A stretch of 64,000 nt of DNA from contig CAXXWQ010000002.1 in NCBI GenBank assembly GCA_963674945.2, positions 512,001 through 576,000 on the forward strand. The letters are read 5' to 3'. Origin of the DNA: an uncultured Desulfosarcina sp. (GTDB lineage: Bacteria; Desulfobacterota; Desulfobacteria; Desulfobacterales; Desulfosarcinaceae). The position numbers and the translations under genes were made by a program. The notes under the pieces are model-generated. The model was not told the DNA's origin. It searched no databases and saw only the letters and a list, made by a program, of their open reading frames with translations. The stretch's first letter is position 1; each line of letters begins with the position of its first letter. Positions 9,144-18,994 of the stretch are shown here, in pieces.

Positions 9144-9569
9144 TCAACCCTTTGTCATCTGCTGATAGGCGACAATCAACCGTCCGCCCAGGGCACGGGA
9201 GAGGTGTTTGAAAAACAGGTAGCCGGTGGACATGTCCCGGTCCATTAGTTTGAGCAACCTGTCCCGCTCGAACTTGAGCACCACCACTGGTGTTCGACAG
9301 ACGGCGTTTCCTCCGTAGGTCTCACGGCCAATGAGACATCCCCAGCCAAAGGCTTCGCCCACCCGGTTTCCCATGTACACCTTCTTGCCTGTTTCATCCA
9401 TTGTGATTTCCACTTCCCCTTTGGCGAGAATGAACAGGTGCCGTGCCGCGTCATTTTTGGAAAACAGGATATCTCCTTTTGAAAAGGCTTCCCGCGAGGC
9501 GATACCCATGAGGCGGCCAACGGCATTTTGATTCAGCCCCCAGAACAGATCCGTCTGCTGGATGTACAT
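9144..9569 (-). CDS. Stand-alone cyclic nucleotide-binding domain protein
   Basis: ILFSKNDAARHLFILAKGEVEI...GEAFGW; ATG 9569 after GAGGT; no HTH. Confidence 0.85.
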   Translation of the reverse strand: MYIQQTDLFWGLNQNAVGRLMGIASREAFSKGDILFSKNDAARHLFILAKGEVEITMDETGKKVYMGNRVGEAFGWGCLIGRETYGGNAVCRTPVVVLKFERDRLLKLMDRDMSTGYLFFKHLSRALGGRLIVAYQQMTKG

Positions 9570-9619
9570 GGCGACCTCGAGATAGTAAGATATGTCGATA
9601 CTTGGTGTGAATAACGATT

Positions 9620-9738
9620 GACGGCTTCGTAAAAAGCGTTTCCAGGCCAAATATGGCCAAACAATCGCATGCAAGAAACTCGTTCTGTTTTTTTTGCAGA
9701 TAGACGGAAACGAGGGAAACGCTTTTTACGAAGGCGTC
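9620..9738 (-). repeat. Family B element with TIRs GACGGCTTCGTAAAAAG / CTTTTTACGAAGGCGTC
   Basis: 17-nt near-perfect TIRs; interior matches 3700-3808 and 44227-44338. Confidence 0.85.
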
Positions 9739-9782
9739 CGAAATCCGATTCTTACGAGTTCATCACGATTGCAATATGAAAA

Positions 9783-9812
9783 AGTATAGTACGCCTTTCG
9801 AAGGTGTGTCAA
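9783..9812 (-). promoter_or_regulatory. Putative sigma70 promoter for the cNMP-NuoEFG operon
   Basis: Minus strand TTGACA-18 nt-TATACT. Confidence 0.6.
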
Positions 9813-9829
9813 TTCCAACGGTGAAATGC

Positions 9830-11540
9830 CAGTAATTCTGTGTGAACAGTCATTTGATCAGGTTCGTAGGTTTTTCAGGTTGTGACTTATCATTATTTAG
9901 GCGGTTTTGGGATAGCTTTCCAACAAATTGGTACTATCTCAGAGTTATAGCGGTAGTCCATTTACCAAAAGGCAACAGGTCGGCATTATCCGCCTAAGTT
10001 TGGGGATCAGTGGTGGGTAACCGTGGTGACAAATGGGCGAACAGATGGCTACGGTGCTCGGATTTCGGGTGGGTCGGCCACATTGCGCAAAAGATGTTCG
10101 AAGTCACGAAAGAGCATCAACCGGATACCAGTACGCAGGTTGTTCCAATACTCTTTTCGGGAACTGAATTTAGACCGGCAATACTGATAACCACGATCAC
10201 ACAGTTCCAGGATTTGATGGATGAAGAAAGCCAACAGGTTCAGAATAAAAAAGGTGTTCGACAAATAACGTTGGCCGTGACCGAAGTTGTGTTCGATATG
10301 GTAGCCTTGATTCTTCAAAGTGTTGAACGTTTCGTTTTCGATTTTCCAGCGCGCCCGACCGGCGCGTACCAATTCGACGACATTGGCCTTGCTCACCTTA
10401 CGGTCGGTGACCCAGCTGTTGTGGTAGGTGGCCTTTTGCCCCACGTGCAGCCAATACTCGAAAAAGTTCACCGGATCGGCATTGCGGCTACCGTTGAGAG
10501 GCACCTGGTTAACCCAACGATAAACGTGGCGGCGCCCTTTATCGTCGGTGAATTGTAGGTGACCGCATTGTCCGAGCCCATCGATTTCGTCAACCCACTG
10601 GAACAGCAACTTGTGATCGGTGGGTTTGGCCACCAGGATAAAGGACATGCGGGCATCTTTCAACACATCGATAAAGGGCTGTTTGGAGTATAGCCCATCG
10701 GCGGTAATGATCATCTTCAGTTTTGGGTGAGTACGGCGGATTTTGTCGACGATCCGTTTTCCCGCATTGATCTCGCAATCCTGCTTGGTGGTGCCGTCGG
10801 TATTGGCAACGGGCTCCGGGGCCAGGGGCAAAACCTGGCGCATGTACGGGTTGAGCATAACGGCCTGTAAGATCTGATGTGAGTAACGGGTCGATCCTTT
10901 TGCGCCTTTATGAGTCAGGCAACTGGGACAGTGAATCTTTTCGGAAGAAAAATACTGTGAGCCGTCCAATGCAATCAAATGGTGCCCGCTTTCCAACTTG
11001 TAGGCATCCAGGTACTTGCCCCGCTGCAAGCATTGTAGCAAAAAGGGAAATGCCGGATGAATCGCTTCGGTTGGAATATTATCCAACGTCTGGCGCAAAG
11101 CACTGTCGCTGGGGATGTCTTTAACCGCAAACATGGCTTTCAGATTACTGTCTTGCATGCGATCGTGCATGCGCCGCTGAAAAGAGAGAACGGAAGGGTC
11201 TTGAAAAAACATCATCGCCAGGGCACTCATCAAACAGTCATGCAGCGAATAGTCGACCTTGCCCTTTTGCCGGGGATCATCGATCTTTTCGAAAATCGCC
11301 GAAAGGGCTTTTCTCATCGTGCTGAAGCTCAGATGTTTTTTGATGTGCATGCCGTCCTCATAGCCATGTATAACCTACTGTTATCTATAGCAATAAAAAC
11401 GGCACGCGTCTAGATTTAATATCTCTAATTATAACAAGTTGTTACGTATTTTGCGGGGGTTTGGCTTCGCGAAATTTTATTTTCGATACGCTAGCAAACA
11501 CACAAAAACTGGGATGAACCCCGTTCAGCCAAAACTGCTG
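9830..11540 (-). mobile_element. Insertion sequence (DDE; ISNCY/ISAs1-like), 1711 bp
   Basis: Imperfect TIRs CAGTAATTCTGTGTGAAC vs CAGCAGTTTTGGCTGAAC (13/18); exact 9-bp direct repeat GTGAAATGC at 9821-9829 and 11541-11549. Confidence 0.88.
10049..11350 (-). CDS. DDE transposase
   Basis: IDDPRQKGKVDYSLHD N-terminus, IALDGS, ITADGLY, GRARWKIENETFNTLK. Confidence 0.93.
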   Translation of the reverse strand: MHIKKHLSFSTMRKALSAIFEKIDDPRQKGKVDYSLHDCLMSALAMMFFQDPSVLSFQRRMHDRMQDSNLKAMFAVKDIPSDSALRQTLDNIPTEAIHPAFPFLLQCLQRGKYLDAYKLESGHHLIALDGSQYFSSEKIHCPSCLTHKGAKGSTRYSHQILQAVMLNPYMRQVLPLAPEPVANTDGTTKQDCEINAGKRIVDKIRRTHPKLKMIITADGLYSKQPFIDVLKDARMSFILVAKPTDHKLLFQWVDEIDGLGQCGHLQFTDDKGRRHVYRWVNQVPLNGSRNADPVNFFEYWLHVGQKATYHNSWVTDRKVSKANVVELVRAGRARWKIENETFNTLKNQGYHIEHNFGHGQRYLSNTFFILNLLAFFIHQILELCDRGYQYCRSKFSSRKEYWNNLRTGIRLMLFRDFEHLLRNVADPPEIRAP

Positions 11541-11650
11541 GTGAAATGCAAATCAACAAAAACAAGTGAGTGTTTCCATCGTTGCCCTTGTATCCAGGTT
11601 TGCAGCACCCGGTTTGAAAACCACGAATCAAGACTGTATCGAATGGATTG

Positions 11651-12028
11651 TCACCGACAATAATACTCGGTCCCGCTTACCTTTGCAGTGATGCTTTGGC
11701 CACCGCCGTATTCAACGCTTACTTCGCATGGTGGTCTACCGAAACTGGAAGTGGTGAGGAGATATTGGCCATGATTGCAGCGGGGAGATCCGATGATTCT
11801 ATCGTCACTTTGCCTGACGGGCAGAATAAGCAGGATTTCTCCTTCGGCACCGCATCTGCCGCCGATGCGAAGCTGACCATTTAAAAATTCGCTTTGGTCG
11901 ATGGTCGTTGGGCGCCAGCCGGAATTGGTGTTATCGAAATCAAAGGATGACCACATATTGTCGTCGCTGCATCCGATAAAAAGAAACGTCAATCCAACAG
12001 CAAGAATTCTAATCCACATGATTCGCAT
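11651..12028 (-). CDS. Hypothetical lipoprotein
   Basis: Signal peptide ending in lipobox-like FIGC; four further Cys in the mature part. Confidence 0.65.
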   Translation of the reverse strand: MRIMWIRILAVGLTFLFIGCSDDNMWSSFDFDNTNSGWRPTTIDQSEFLNGQLRIGGRCGAEGEILLILPVRQSDDRIIGSPRCNHGQYLLTTSSFGRPPCEVSVEYGGGQSITAKVSGTEYYCR

Positions 12029-12399
12029 TCATACTCTTTCGCAAAATTCAAGAATCGTTTTCCGGTTCGCAAGAATATTTTTTTAGATGATCACACGCTA
12101 TTTTTTTCGGCCAAATTCCTCAAAACTGAAGGCAAAGAAAATGCCGGATGATGCCATTTCTTCCCATCCAGGCTTCTCCTGGTACCCCCCGTGAAAACCG
12201 GTACAAAACAATTTCGATTAATTTCCGGCATATAACCAAACAAGGGAAAAAAACCAGAAAGTGAGATCCGACGCTTTCATGGTATCGCCATTGGATCGAC
12301 GCAAATCATTTTCTTGTCTCAAGGCCGGAATTTTTGCCAAAATTTGTATGGTTTCGGACAATCATTGTGAAAAAGTGATCACATAGAGCGAATCGAATG

Positions 12400-14880
12400 T
12401 CAGTTGTGATCTCGCGGGCGGGCGTTTGGTTCGGCAAACCAGTTGAAGCGGATCGCGTCGCCATCGGACTTCATGATGATGGCGCCATGGAGGGCCGTAC
12501 ACAGGATGTTGGCGCCTTGTTTCCGGTAGCGTGTCATCACCGTTTGATGTGGAAAACCGAATCGGTTGCCGGCTCCGGCGCTGATGATCACCCATCTGGG
12601 CCGAACGGCGTCGACGAACTCCGGTGCGCTCGAGGTCTTGGATCCATGGTGGGGGGCAAACAGCACCGTGCTGGGAAGATCGTCTCTCCTGTCGTTCACC
12701 AGCCGTTCTTCCATGGACGAAGTGATGTCTCCGGTCAGCAAAAAAGCGGTCATTCCAAACGTGGCCTTCATCACAAGGGATCCGTCGTTGCACCGATGTT
12801 GTTCGTTATTTTGCCTGAAATCGAAGTATCCGGCAGGTGGACTGAGAACCGAAAGTGTGACCGGTCCCAGTTCCATGGGGGGGATGTCGTCGTTCAATTG
12901 CCTGACAAGGATCCCATTTTGCACACATGCCGCCATCAATGCGTCATATCCCATGGTGTCGCTGGCGTCTCCATTGGTCCATAGCTCCCGGACATGGAAG
13001 TTTTTTGCAATGAAGATCAGTCCGTTGAGATGATCGGCATTGGGGTGGGACAGGATCAGGGTGTCCACGGTTGCGATTTTTCTCCGCCACAACATCGGGG
13101 CCACCACCTGTCTGCCGATATCGAAAATGCGATTGTCGGAAAATCCCCCGCCGTCGTATAACAGCACCCGGCCGCCGGGAATCTCCAGGAGTGTGGCCCC
13201 TCCCTGACCCACATCGATGGCAGTGACCACGAGGTCACGGTGCCAGAATCGTCTATGGGACCAGTAAAGGCCGTCTGCCAGAACGAAGATCAGAACCGCC
13301 GCCAATGCCCACCTCGCGGTGCGGTTTCCTTTTATGTTGAGAAGCGACCATGCCGCTGCGTAGTATAATCCAATTTCCATGGGGGAGGGGATAATGGTTT
13401 TGATGGCGGCAAAGGGCCAGGTGGCAAAATGGTCAAGAAGAATCATTGCCCCTTTGAGGACCATAAGACCGAGTCGGAATCCCGCCACGGCCAGGAAATC
13501 CGAAACAATGGACAAAAAAGATGCCACCAGTCCAATGGGAACGGCCACGAATCCCACCAGGGGGACGAGAAATAGATTGGCGACGATGCCGACCATGGAG
13601 GTCTGGTGAAAGTGAAAAAGGATCAGGGGTGTCGTGCCGGCGATGGCCAGTGCCGAAACCAGCGTGAAATCGAACAGCCGTTTGCCCGCCTTTTCCACCT
13701 GTCCGGCGTTTTCCCGCCGGTTGATTCCGATTTTTCCCATGCCGTAGACGATGGTCAGCACGGCGGCGAAGGAGAGCTGAAAAGAGATGGTAAACAGGGA
13801 AGGCGGGAAGAGTGCGAGAATAATCAAGGCCGCCACGGACAAGGTGTTCATGAGGTCGTGGCCCTGTCCGAAGATCATGGCCGCCAGAAAGACCGCAACC
13901 ATGATTTCGGCGCGCTGGGTGGAGGGTGACATGCCGGCCAGCATACCATAGCCCAACACGGGCAGCAGGGTGGCGGCCGCGGCCCATTTTCGGACCCACC
14001 CCCGCCACAGAAGGGCGGGAATGAAAGCGAATAGAAAGTGAAAACAACCGAAGGCCAAGGTGGCCACGATTCCCACATGTAGACCGGAGATGGCCAGCAG
14101 ATGCCCCACGCCGGACCGATTGAATCGCTGGCGCAGAGAGGGATGGATGCCTGTCCGGTCTCCGTAGACCAGGGCCCTGAGCACGGCCTTCTCATCGGCG
14201 AAGCGGTCGCCTCCGGCCTCATCCACAAGGTGGCCGAGCCGATTTCGAAAACGGTTCATGGTACTGCCGATTCCGAAGGCGGTAAGCGGTATATCCCTTT
14301 TGAGTTTCTCCATCCGAACCCAGGCACTGCCGTGAATGCCCTTGAAGGCCATATATCGGCGATAGTCGAATCCACCTGGATTTTTAAAGTTGCGAAAAGA
14401 ACGAATTCTGGCCGGAAATCGAACGCGGTCCCCGGGGTGCAATATTACTTCCCCCATGATGGTGAGGCGGATTCGGCCTCGCACCGGTTTTACCTGATCC
14501 TTCCGGGAGAGGGCTTCGACGTCCAGAATCGTCCGTGTCCGGCCGTGTCGAAGGACCGGTTGCTCGATGACGATGCCTTCAATTCGCCAATATCCGGTGT
14601 CAATGAAACGTACGATATGATCGGGGCCATAGGAGGGTGTGCACCACGGCACCATGGCAAGGTATCCGGCTGCCAGGGTGGCAAGCAGCGGAGACCACTT
14701 CGCCGACCGTTCCCGCTTGACGCAGATGATCAGTTGAACCAGCGCCGCCGCGAAGATGACACCGGCAACCGGGCCGTGACCGGAAAATCGCTGGCCTAAA
14801 AGGATGCCGACAAGCAGGGCAAGGGTGATGGGAATTGCCGGCCTAAGGTAGGGGGGCTGTCTGTTTCTGCTCCTAATCAT
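12400..14880 (-). CDS. comEC: DNA internalization competence protein ComEC/Rec2
   Basis: [41 protein letters not shown] metallo-beta-lactamase domain. Confidence 0.96.
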   Translation of the reverse strand: MIRSRNRQPPYLRPAIPITLALLVGILLGQRFSGHGPVAGVIFAAALVQLIICVKRERSAKWSPLLATLAAGYLAMVPWCTPSYGPDHIVRFIDTGYWRIEGIVIEQPVLRHGRTRTILDVEALSRKDQVKPVRGRIRLTIMGEVILHPGDRVRFPARIRSFRNFKNPGGFDYRRYMAFKGIHGSAWVRMEKLKRDIPLTAFGIGSTMNRFRNRLGHLVDEAGGDRFADEKAVLRALVYGDRTGIHPSLRQRFNRSGVGHLLAISGLHVGIVATLAFGCFHFLFAFIPALLWRGWVRKWAAAATLLPVLGYGMLAGMSPSTQRAEIMVAVFLAAMIFGQGHDLMNTLSVAALIILALFPPSLFTISFQLSFAAVLTIVYGMGKIGINRRENAGQVEKAGKRLFDFTLVSALAIAGTTPLILFHFHQTSMVGIVANLFLVPLVGFVAVPIGLVASFLSIVSDFLAVAGFRLGLMVLKGAMILLDHFATWPFAAIKTIIPSPMEIGLYYAAAWSLLNIKGNRTARWALAAVLIFVLADGLYWSHRRFWHRDLVVTAIDVGQGGATLLEIPGGRVLLYDGGGFSDNRIFDIGRQVVAPMLWRRKIATVDTLILSHPNADHLNGLIFIAKNFHVRELWTNGDASDTMGYDALMAACVQNGILVRQLNDDIPPMELGPVTLSVLSPPAGYFDFRQNNEQHRCNDGSLVMKATFGMTAFLLTGDITSSMEERLVNDRRDDLPSTVLFAPHHGSKTSSAPEFVDAVRPRWVIISAGAGNRFGFPHQTVMTRYRKQGANILCTALHGAIIMKSDGDAIRFNWFAEPNARPRDHN

Positions 14881-15293
14881 TGTCCAATGATTTTTACAAG
14901 AACCCGTTTTTTGCGACGACCGTCAAACTCACCGTAGAAAATCCGCTCCCAGGTGCCAAAATCGAGACGACCGTCCGTAATGGCGACGACTACCTCCCGA
15001 CCCATGATTTGGCGTTTCATATGGGCATCGGCATTATCTTCACCGACATTGTGCCGGTATTGGGAAACCGGCTCATGTGGCGCCAGCTTTTCCAACCAGA
15101 CATCATAGTCATGGTGCAAACCACTTTCGTCGTCATTAATGAAAACGCTGGCGGTAATGTGCATTGCGTTGACCAGCACCATCCCTTCTTTGACACCGCT
15201 ATCGTCGATGCACCGCTGAACGTCTCCGGTGATATTGATGAACGCCCTCCGGGTGGGAACTTCGAACCACAATTCCTTACGGTAGCTTTTCAT
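14877..15293 (-). CDS. yjbQ: YjbQ/UPF0047 family protein
   Basis: [35 protein letters not shown] 15293 after GGAG. Confidence 0.9.
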   Translation of the reverse strand: MKSYRKELWFEVPTRRAFINITGDVQRCIDDSGVKEGMVLVNAMHITASVFINDDESGLHHDYDVWLEKLAPHEPVSQYRHNVGEDNADAHMKRQIMGREVVVAITDGRLDFGTWERIFYGEFDGRRKKRVLVKIIGQ

Positions 15294-15407
15294 ATTTTCT
15301 CTCCCTAAAAAAGATTGAAGTTTTGCATGCAACCCAATCGGTGAACTGCGAATTGCCGATAAATGCTCAACCGATAAGAGCTAACGGCCAAGCGCTTGCC
15401 TTGGGCA

Positions 15408-15836
15408 TTACACACCAATCAACGTAACTTCAATCGCACGCTTCCGTGGCCTGTTATCATGATTGATAACGACGACTTGCTGCCATGTACCCAACTTCAG
15501 TCGCGCCTTTCTGACGGGCAATGCGATGGATGGCCCCATCAGAGCGGCTTGGACATGGCTATGGCCATTGCCGTCATGCCAGGCCAATTCGTGGGCGTAG
15601 TCCATATTTGGTGAGGCCAGTCGATTGATGGCATCTTTCAGGTCTTGAACGACCCCCGGTTCATATTCGATTGTCGTTAAAGATCCGGTGCTTCCGGTGA
15701 TACTGGCGTTGACGGTTCCATTTTCGATTCCGGATCGGCCGATGATTCGGTCGAGATCGTCGGTGATATCCCGGATATCAATGCCGGTCGCCAAATCGAC
15801 ATGGATGGTTGCAAATTTCATTACAGTTGCGGCCAT
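15408..15836 (-). CDS. yjbQ: YjbQ/UPF0047 family protein (second, divergent paralog)
   Basis: GSTGSLTTIEYEPG, WHDGNGHSHV, LGTWQQVV; ATG 15836 after AAGGAAGG. Confidence 0.88.
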   Translation of the reverse strand: MAATVMKFATIHVDLATGIDIRDITDDLDRIIGRSGIENGTVNASITGSTGSLTTIEYEPGVVQDLKDAINRLASPNMDYAHELAWHDGNGHSHVQAALMGPSIALPVRKARLKLGTWQQVVVINHDNRPRKRAIEVTLIGV

Positions 15837-15865
15837 GAAACCTTCCTTCCTTACCGACAGAGAAA

Positions 15866-17833
15866 TTATTTTAGACCGATCTTCCAGTTCCAAAGCCCCT
15901 GCCGCTTCTTTATGGAAACATCCCCGGGAACCGGTTCCTCCAAATGTGCGAACATGCGAAATCCGGCGTCGGCAAGTATCTTTCGTTTCTGCGTGAGGTC
16001 CAGTCGCCAGTTGGGAAAGATCCAGTAATCCGGCCCGTGCCGGTCGGCCCATGCCGTCTCGCCACGGGGGCTGTCAAAGGGGATCCGGGTCTTCATGCCG
16101 TCGGCCAGTGTGCGGGAGATGCAAAGGGGCCAGTGTCCGGAGAGAACGATGCCCAGGGGAAGGGGACTCTGGTGGCAAAGGGAGAGGATGTCGGCCTCTC
16201 CCAGTTCCGGACTGACGAAAGCGCCTTCGAACCCCAGTTCTTTCAATACTTCCAGGCAAAGGGTGTTGGCATTGTTACAAAATGGGCCGGCCCACAGGTG
16301 AAGGCCTTCGGGGTGGTTGAAAAGCGCCATCTGCCACGGCGAGTTGAGCACGAACCGTCGGACACCGCCGGAAAGGCACCGGCTTAGAAGACCGGCCACA
16401 CGGTCCTCGTCTTCGGGCCAGAGGACCGGCGGCAGCCAGATCCAGAGTTTGGCCGCTGGGCGTCCCAGACTTGAAACCACGTCTTCGCTCAGCCAGAAGC
16501 CCATTGTGCCCCGGCCCGAGGCCTTGCTCATGGTTCGTTTTACCGGCATCTCGATGATTCGTCCGGCAGGCGCTATTGGGCGAGGCAGGATCGCGGAGAA
16601 CCGGGAGGGAGGGGCGGGCGTTTGCGGTGGCAGATGGGCCTCGATTTCGGTCATGGTCCGCTCCAGGTCCTTCTCCCGCCGATCCGTGAGAAAAATCGGT
16701 GTGCCGGGTCTCGGCGTCTTTCTTCCACCCAGATTCAAGGGGTAGCGGCCCTTTTTGGGAACATGGCGGGTCACCTGGCAGACGGTGTGCCCCGGTTCGT
16801 CCTCGTAGCCGATACGAAGCGTATCGCCGGGCAAGAGTGGATGTCGAACCACCACCCAGGGGCTCTTCGCCGGGCCCTGCACTTTCCCCATGAAAAGACC
16901 CGAAGCGGTCTGCCTTCCTGGATTGATGGGATTCTGGGGGCGCTGAGGTAAAAAATGATAGTGGGTGGTTTCCCTGCCCAGGCCCTGGGCCAGCAGCCCA
17001 ACCGCATTCCGCTTCACAGACCGATCATGCCCCTGGTCCCGCAGCATCCGATAGGCCGAAACGGTGTAATAGACATAGTGGGGACCTTTTTTCCGTCCCT
17101 CGATTTTCCACGCCGCCACCTTTTGTACCTGCCCGAGTATCTTCACCAGTACATCCACGGAGAGATCCTGGCAGGAGAAGGTTCGACCCGTCCGGCCTTC
17201 CTGTCGATAGTGTCGTCGGCAGGGTTGGACGCAGCGGCCCCTGAGCCCGCTCTTTCCTCCCATGTAGCTGCTCCAATAGCATCTGCCGGAGACCCCGTAA
17301 CAAAGGGCGCCGTGCACGAAGGTTTCCAGTTCCATGGATTTGGGACAAGCCTTGGCCATGGCCTTGACTTCGTCGATGGAAAGCTCCCGAGGCACAACCA
17401 CACGATGGATGTCCAGTTTCCGGTGGATGAAACCCAATGCCCGGGGAAAACTGACATTCGCCAGTGTAGAGAGGTGGATCTCGCCGGTATACCCTGCCTG
17501 TCGTGCCAGGGCGATCACCCCCAGATCCTGGACGATCAGGGCGTCGGGGCCGACATGGCGGACAAGGTGGTCCACCTGCCCGCCCGCCCGGTCCAGTTCG
17601 TCGGGTTTGAGCATGGCATTGACGGTGACATATACCTTTACATGCCGGTCATGTGCCAATTGGACCAGTTGGGACAGTTCCTCCACCGAAAAGTTTTTCG
17701 CCTCCATGCGTGCCGACATCGTCTTCAGGCCACAATAGATGGTGTCGGCACCGGCGGCCAGGGCCGCTATAAAGGCGGCGCGGTTTCCCGCCGGAGCCAG
17801 GATTTCGGGTTTGTGGGACAAAGAGGTGTTCAT
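15866..17833 (-). CDS. Peptidase U32 family protein (long RlhA-like RNA hydroxylation type)
   Basis: PEILAPAG, IHLST, VVPREL, FVHGALCYGVSGRC, RGRCVQPCRR, KIEGRKK. Confidence 0.9.
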   Translation of the reverse strand: MNTSLSHKPEILAPAGNRAAFIAALAAGADTIYCGLKTMSARMEAKNFSVEELSQLVQLAHDRHVKVYVTVNAMLKPDELDRAGGQVDHLVRHVGPDALIVQDLGVIALARQAGYTGEIHLSTLANVSFPRALGFIHRKLDIHRVVVPRELSIDEVKAMAKACPKSMELETFVHGALCYGVSGRCYWSSYMGGKSGLRGRCVQPCRRHYRQEGRTGRTFSCQDLSVDVLVKILGQVQKVAAWKIEGRKKGPHYVYYTVSAYRMLRDQGHDRSVKRNAVGLLAQGLGRETTHYHFLPQRPQNPINPGRQTASGLFMGKVQGPAKSPWVVVRHPLLPGDTLRIGYEDEPGHTVCQVTRHVPKKGRYPLNLGGRKTPRPGTPIFLTDRREKDLERTMTEIEAHLPPQTPAPPSRFSAILPRPIAPAGRIIEMPVKRTMSKASGRGTMGFWLSEDVVSSLGRPAAKLWIWLPPVLWPEDEDRVAGLLSRCLSGGVRRFVLNSPWQMALFNHPEGLHLWAGPFCNNANTLCLEVLKELGFEGAFVSPELGEADILSLCHQSPLPLGIVLSGHWPLCISRTLADGMKTRIPFDSPRGETAWADRHGPDYWIFPNWRLDLTQKRKILADAGFRMFAHLEEPVPGDVSIKKRQGLWNWKIGLK

Positions 17834-17879
17834 GGCAGCCGGGGTATGTTTATTCGGTCATTAAAACCGGGGTGCGGTT

Positions 17880-18066
17880 AGATAGAAATGGTTCTACCGT
17901 ATGATAGTCAAAGAATCCAGGCGTCAGCATTCAGAATCCAGAATAAGGTATTCGCCTTCGGCTCGATCCATCTATATGAAGAAGAAATTCCAAATTACAA
18001 GCACCAAATAACAAAGGGTTCATAAACATCACCATTCTGACTCCTGCAGTTTTCCATGATCGCAGC
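17880..18066 (+). repeat. Family C composite repeat (CAGAATY heptamers), copy 1
   Basis: ATGGTTCTACCGTA...GAATCCAGG-GTCAG-ATTCAGAATCCAGAAT-AGGTATTCGCCTTCGGCTCG...ATTCTGACTCCTG...GATCGCAG shared with copies at ~32900 and ~50043. Confidence 0.85.
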
Positions 18067-18228
18067 GCATCCCCATTGCAGGAGGGGCCATCGCCGGGCT
18101 TTCTGGATACGGACTTTTTATATCGCCGTCGCCCTTGCTGCTCGACAATCACCCATTTCAGGTTATATTAAACACGTTATCAAAGAATCAACATTATAAC
18201 GACAGATGGGGCATGAAAGGATAAAGAT

Positions 18229-18984
18229 ATGAAACTGGCAGTCAGCGGTAAAGGCGGCGTGGGTAAGACGACATTTTCCTCAATGTTGGCACGTTCCCTC
18301 AGCGATCAGGGCAAGAAGGTGCTGGCCATCGATGCGGATCCGGATGCCAACCTCGCCGCGGCCCTGGGCATCGCCGATGCCGAAAAAATCATCCCCATCG
18401 CCGAAATGAAAGAGATGATCTTCGAGCGAACCGGCGCCAAGCCCGGCACCATCGGTGGGTTTTTCAAACTCAACCCCAAGGTGGACGATATCCCCGATAC
18501 CCTTTCCGTTCGGTTGGACAACATCAAGCTCATGCGCCTCGGCAGCGTGAAGAAGGGCGGGGCCGGTTGTCTTTGCCCGGAATCCACATTGCTCAAGGCG
18601 CTGGTGACCCATGTGGTCTTGGGGCGCGACGAAGTGGTGATCATGGACATGGAAGCCGGTATCGAGCACCTGGGGCGCGCCACGGCCCAGGCGGTGGATA
18701 AACTGATCGTCGTGGTGGAGCCGGGGCGCCGCAGTATCGACACGGCCGAGCACATTCGCCGCCTGGCTTCGGAAATTCATCTCAGGCAGATCGCCATCGT
18801 GGGGAACAAAATCAGAGGCCCCAAGGACGAGGCGTTTTTGCGAACCCACCTGCCCGACTTCGAGTTTCTGGGCTTCATGCCCTATGACGAGCTTCTCATT
18901 GAAGCGGATCTTTCCGGTGTCTCTCCCTATGAGAGCGCGACCGAAGCCAGGAAGGTCATCGCCGGCATCATCGAAAAATTATAA
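18229..18984 (+). CDS. cooC: CooC-family nickel-insertion ATPase
   Basis: SGKGGVGKTT, IDADPDANL, GCLCP, DMEAGIEHLGR. Confidence 0.9.
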   Translation: MKLAVSGKGGVGKTTFSSMLARSLSDQGKKVLAIDADPDANLAAALGIADAEKIIPIAEMKEMIFERTGAKPGTIGGFFKLNPKVDDIPDTLSVRLDNIKLMRLGSVKKGGAGCLCPESTLLKALVTHVVLGRDEVVIMDMEAGIEHLGRATAQAVDKLIVVVEPGRRSIDTAEHIRRLASEIHLRQIAIVGNKIRGPKDEAFLRTHLPDFEFLGFMPYDELLIEADLSGVSPYESATEARKVIAGIIEKL

Positions 18985-18994
18985 CACCCCTGCC

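Noticed and set aside
10010..10558. 182-aa ORF antisense to the transposase
   Set aside because: Shadow ORF with no recognisable motifs.
17880..18066. Possible CRISPR-like repeats
   Set aside because: Heptamer units without unique spacers; no regular array and no cas genes.
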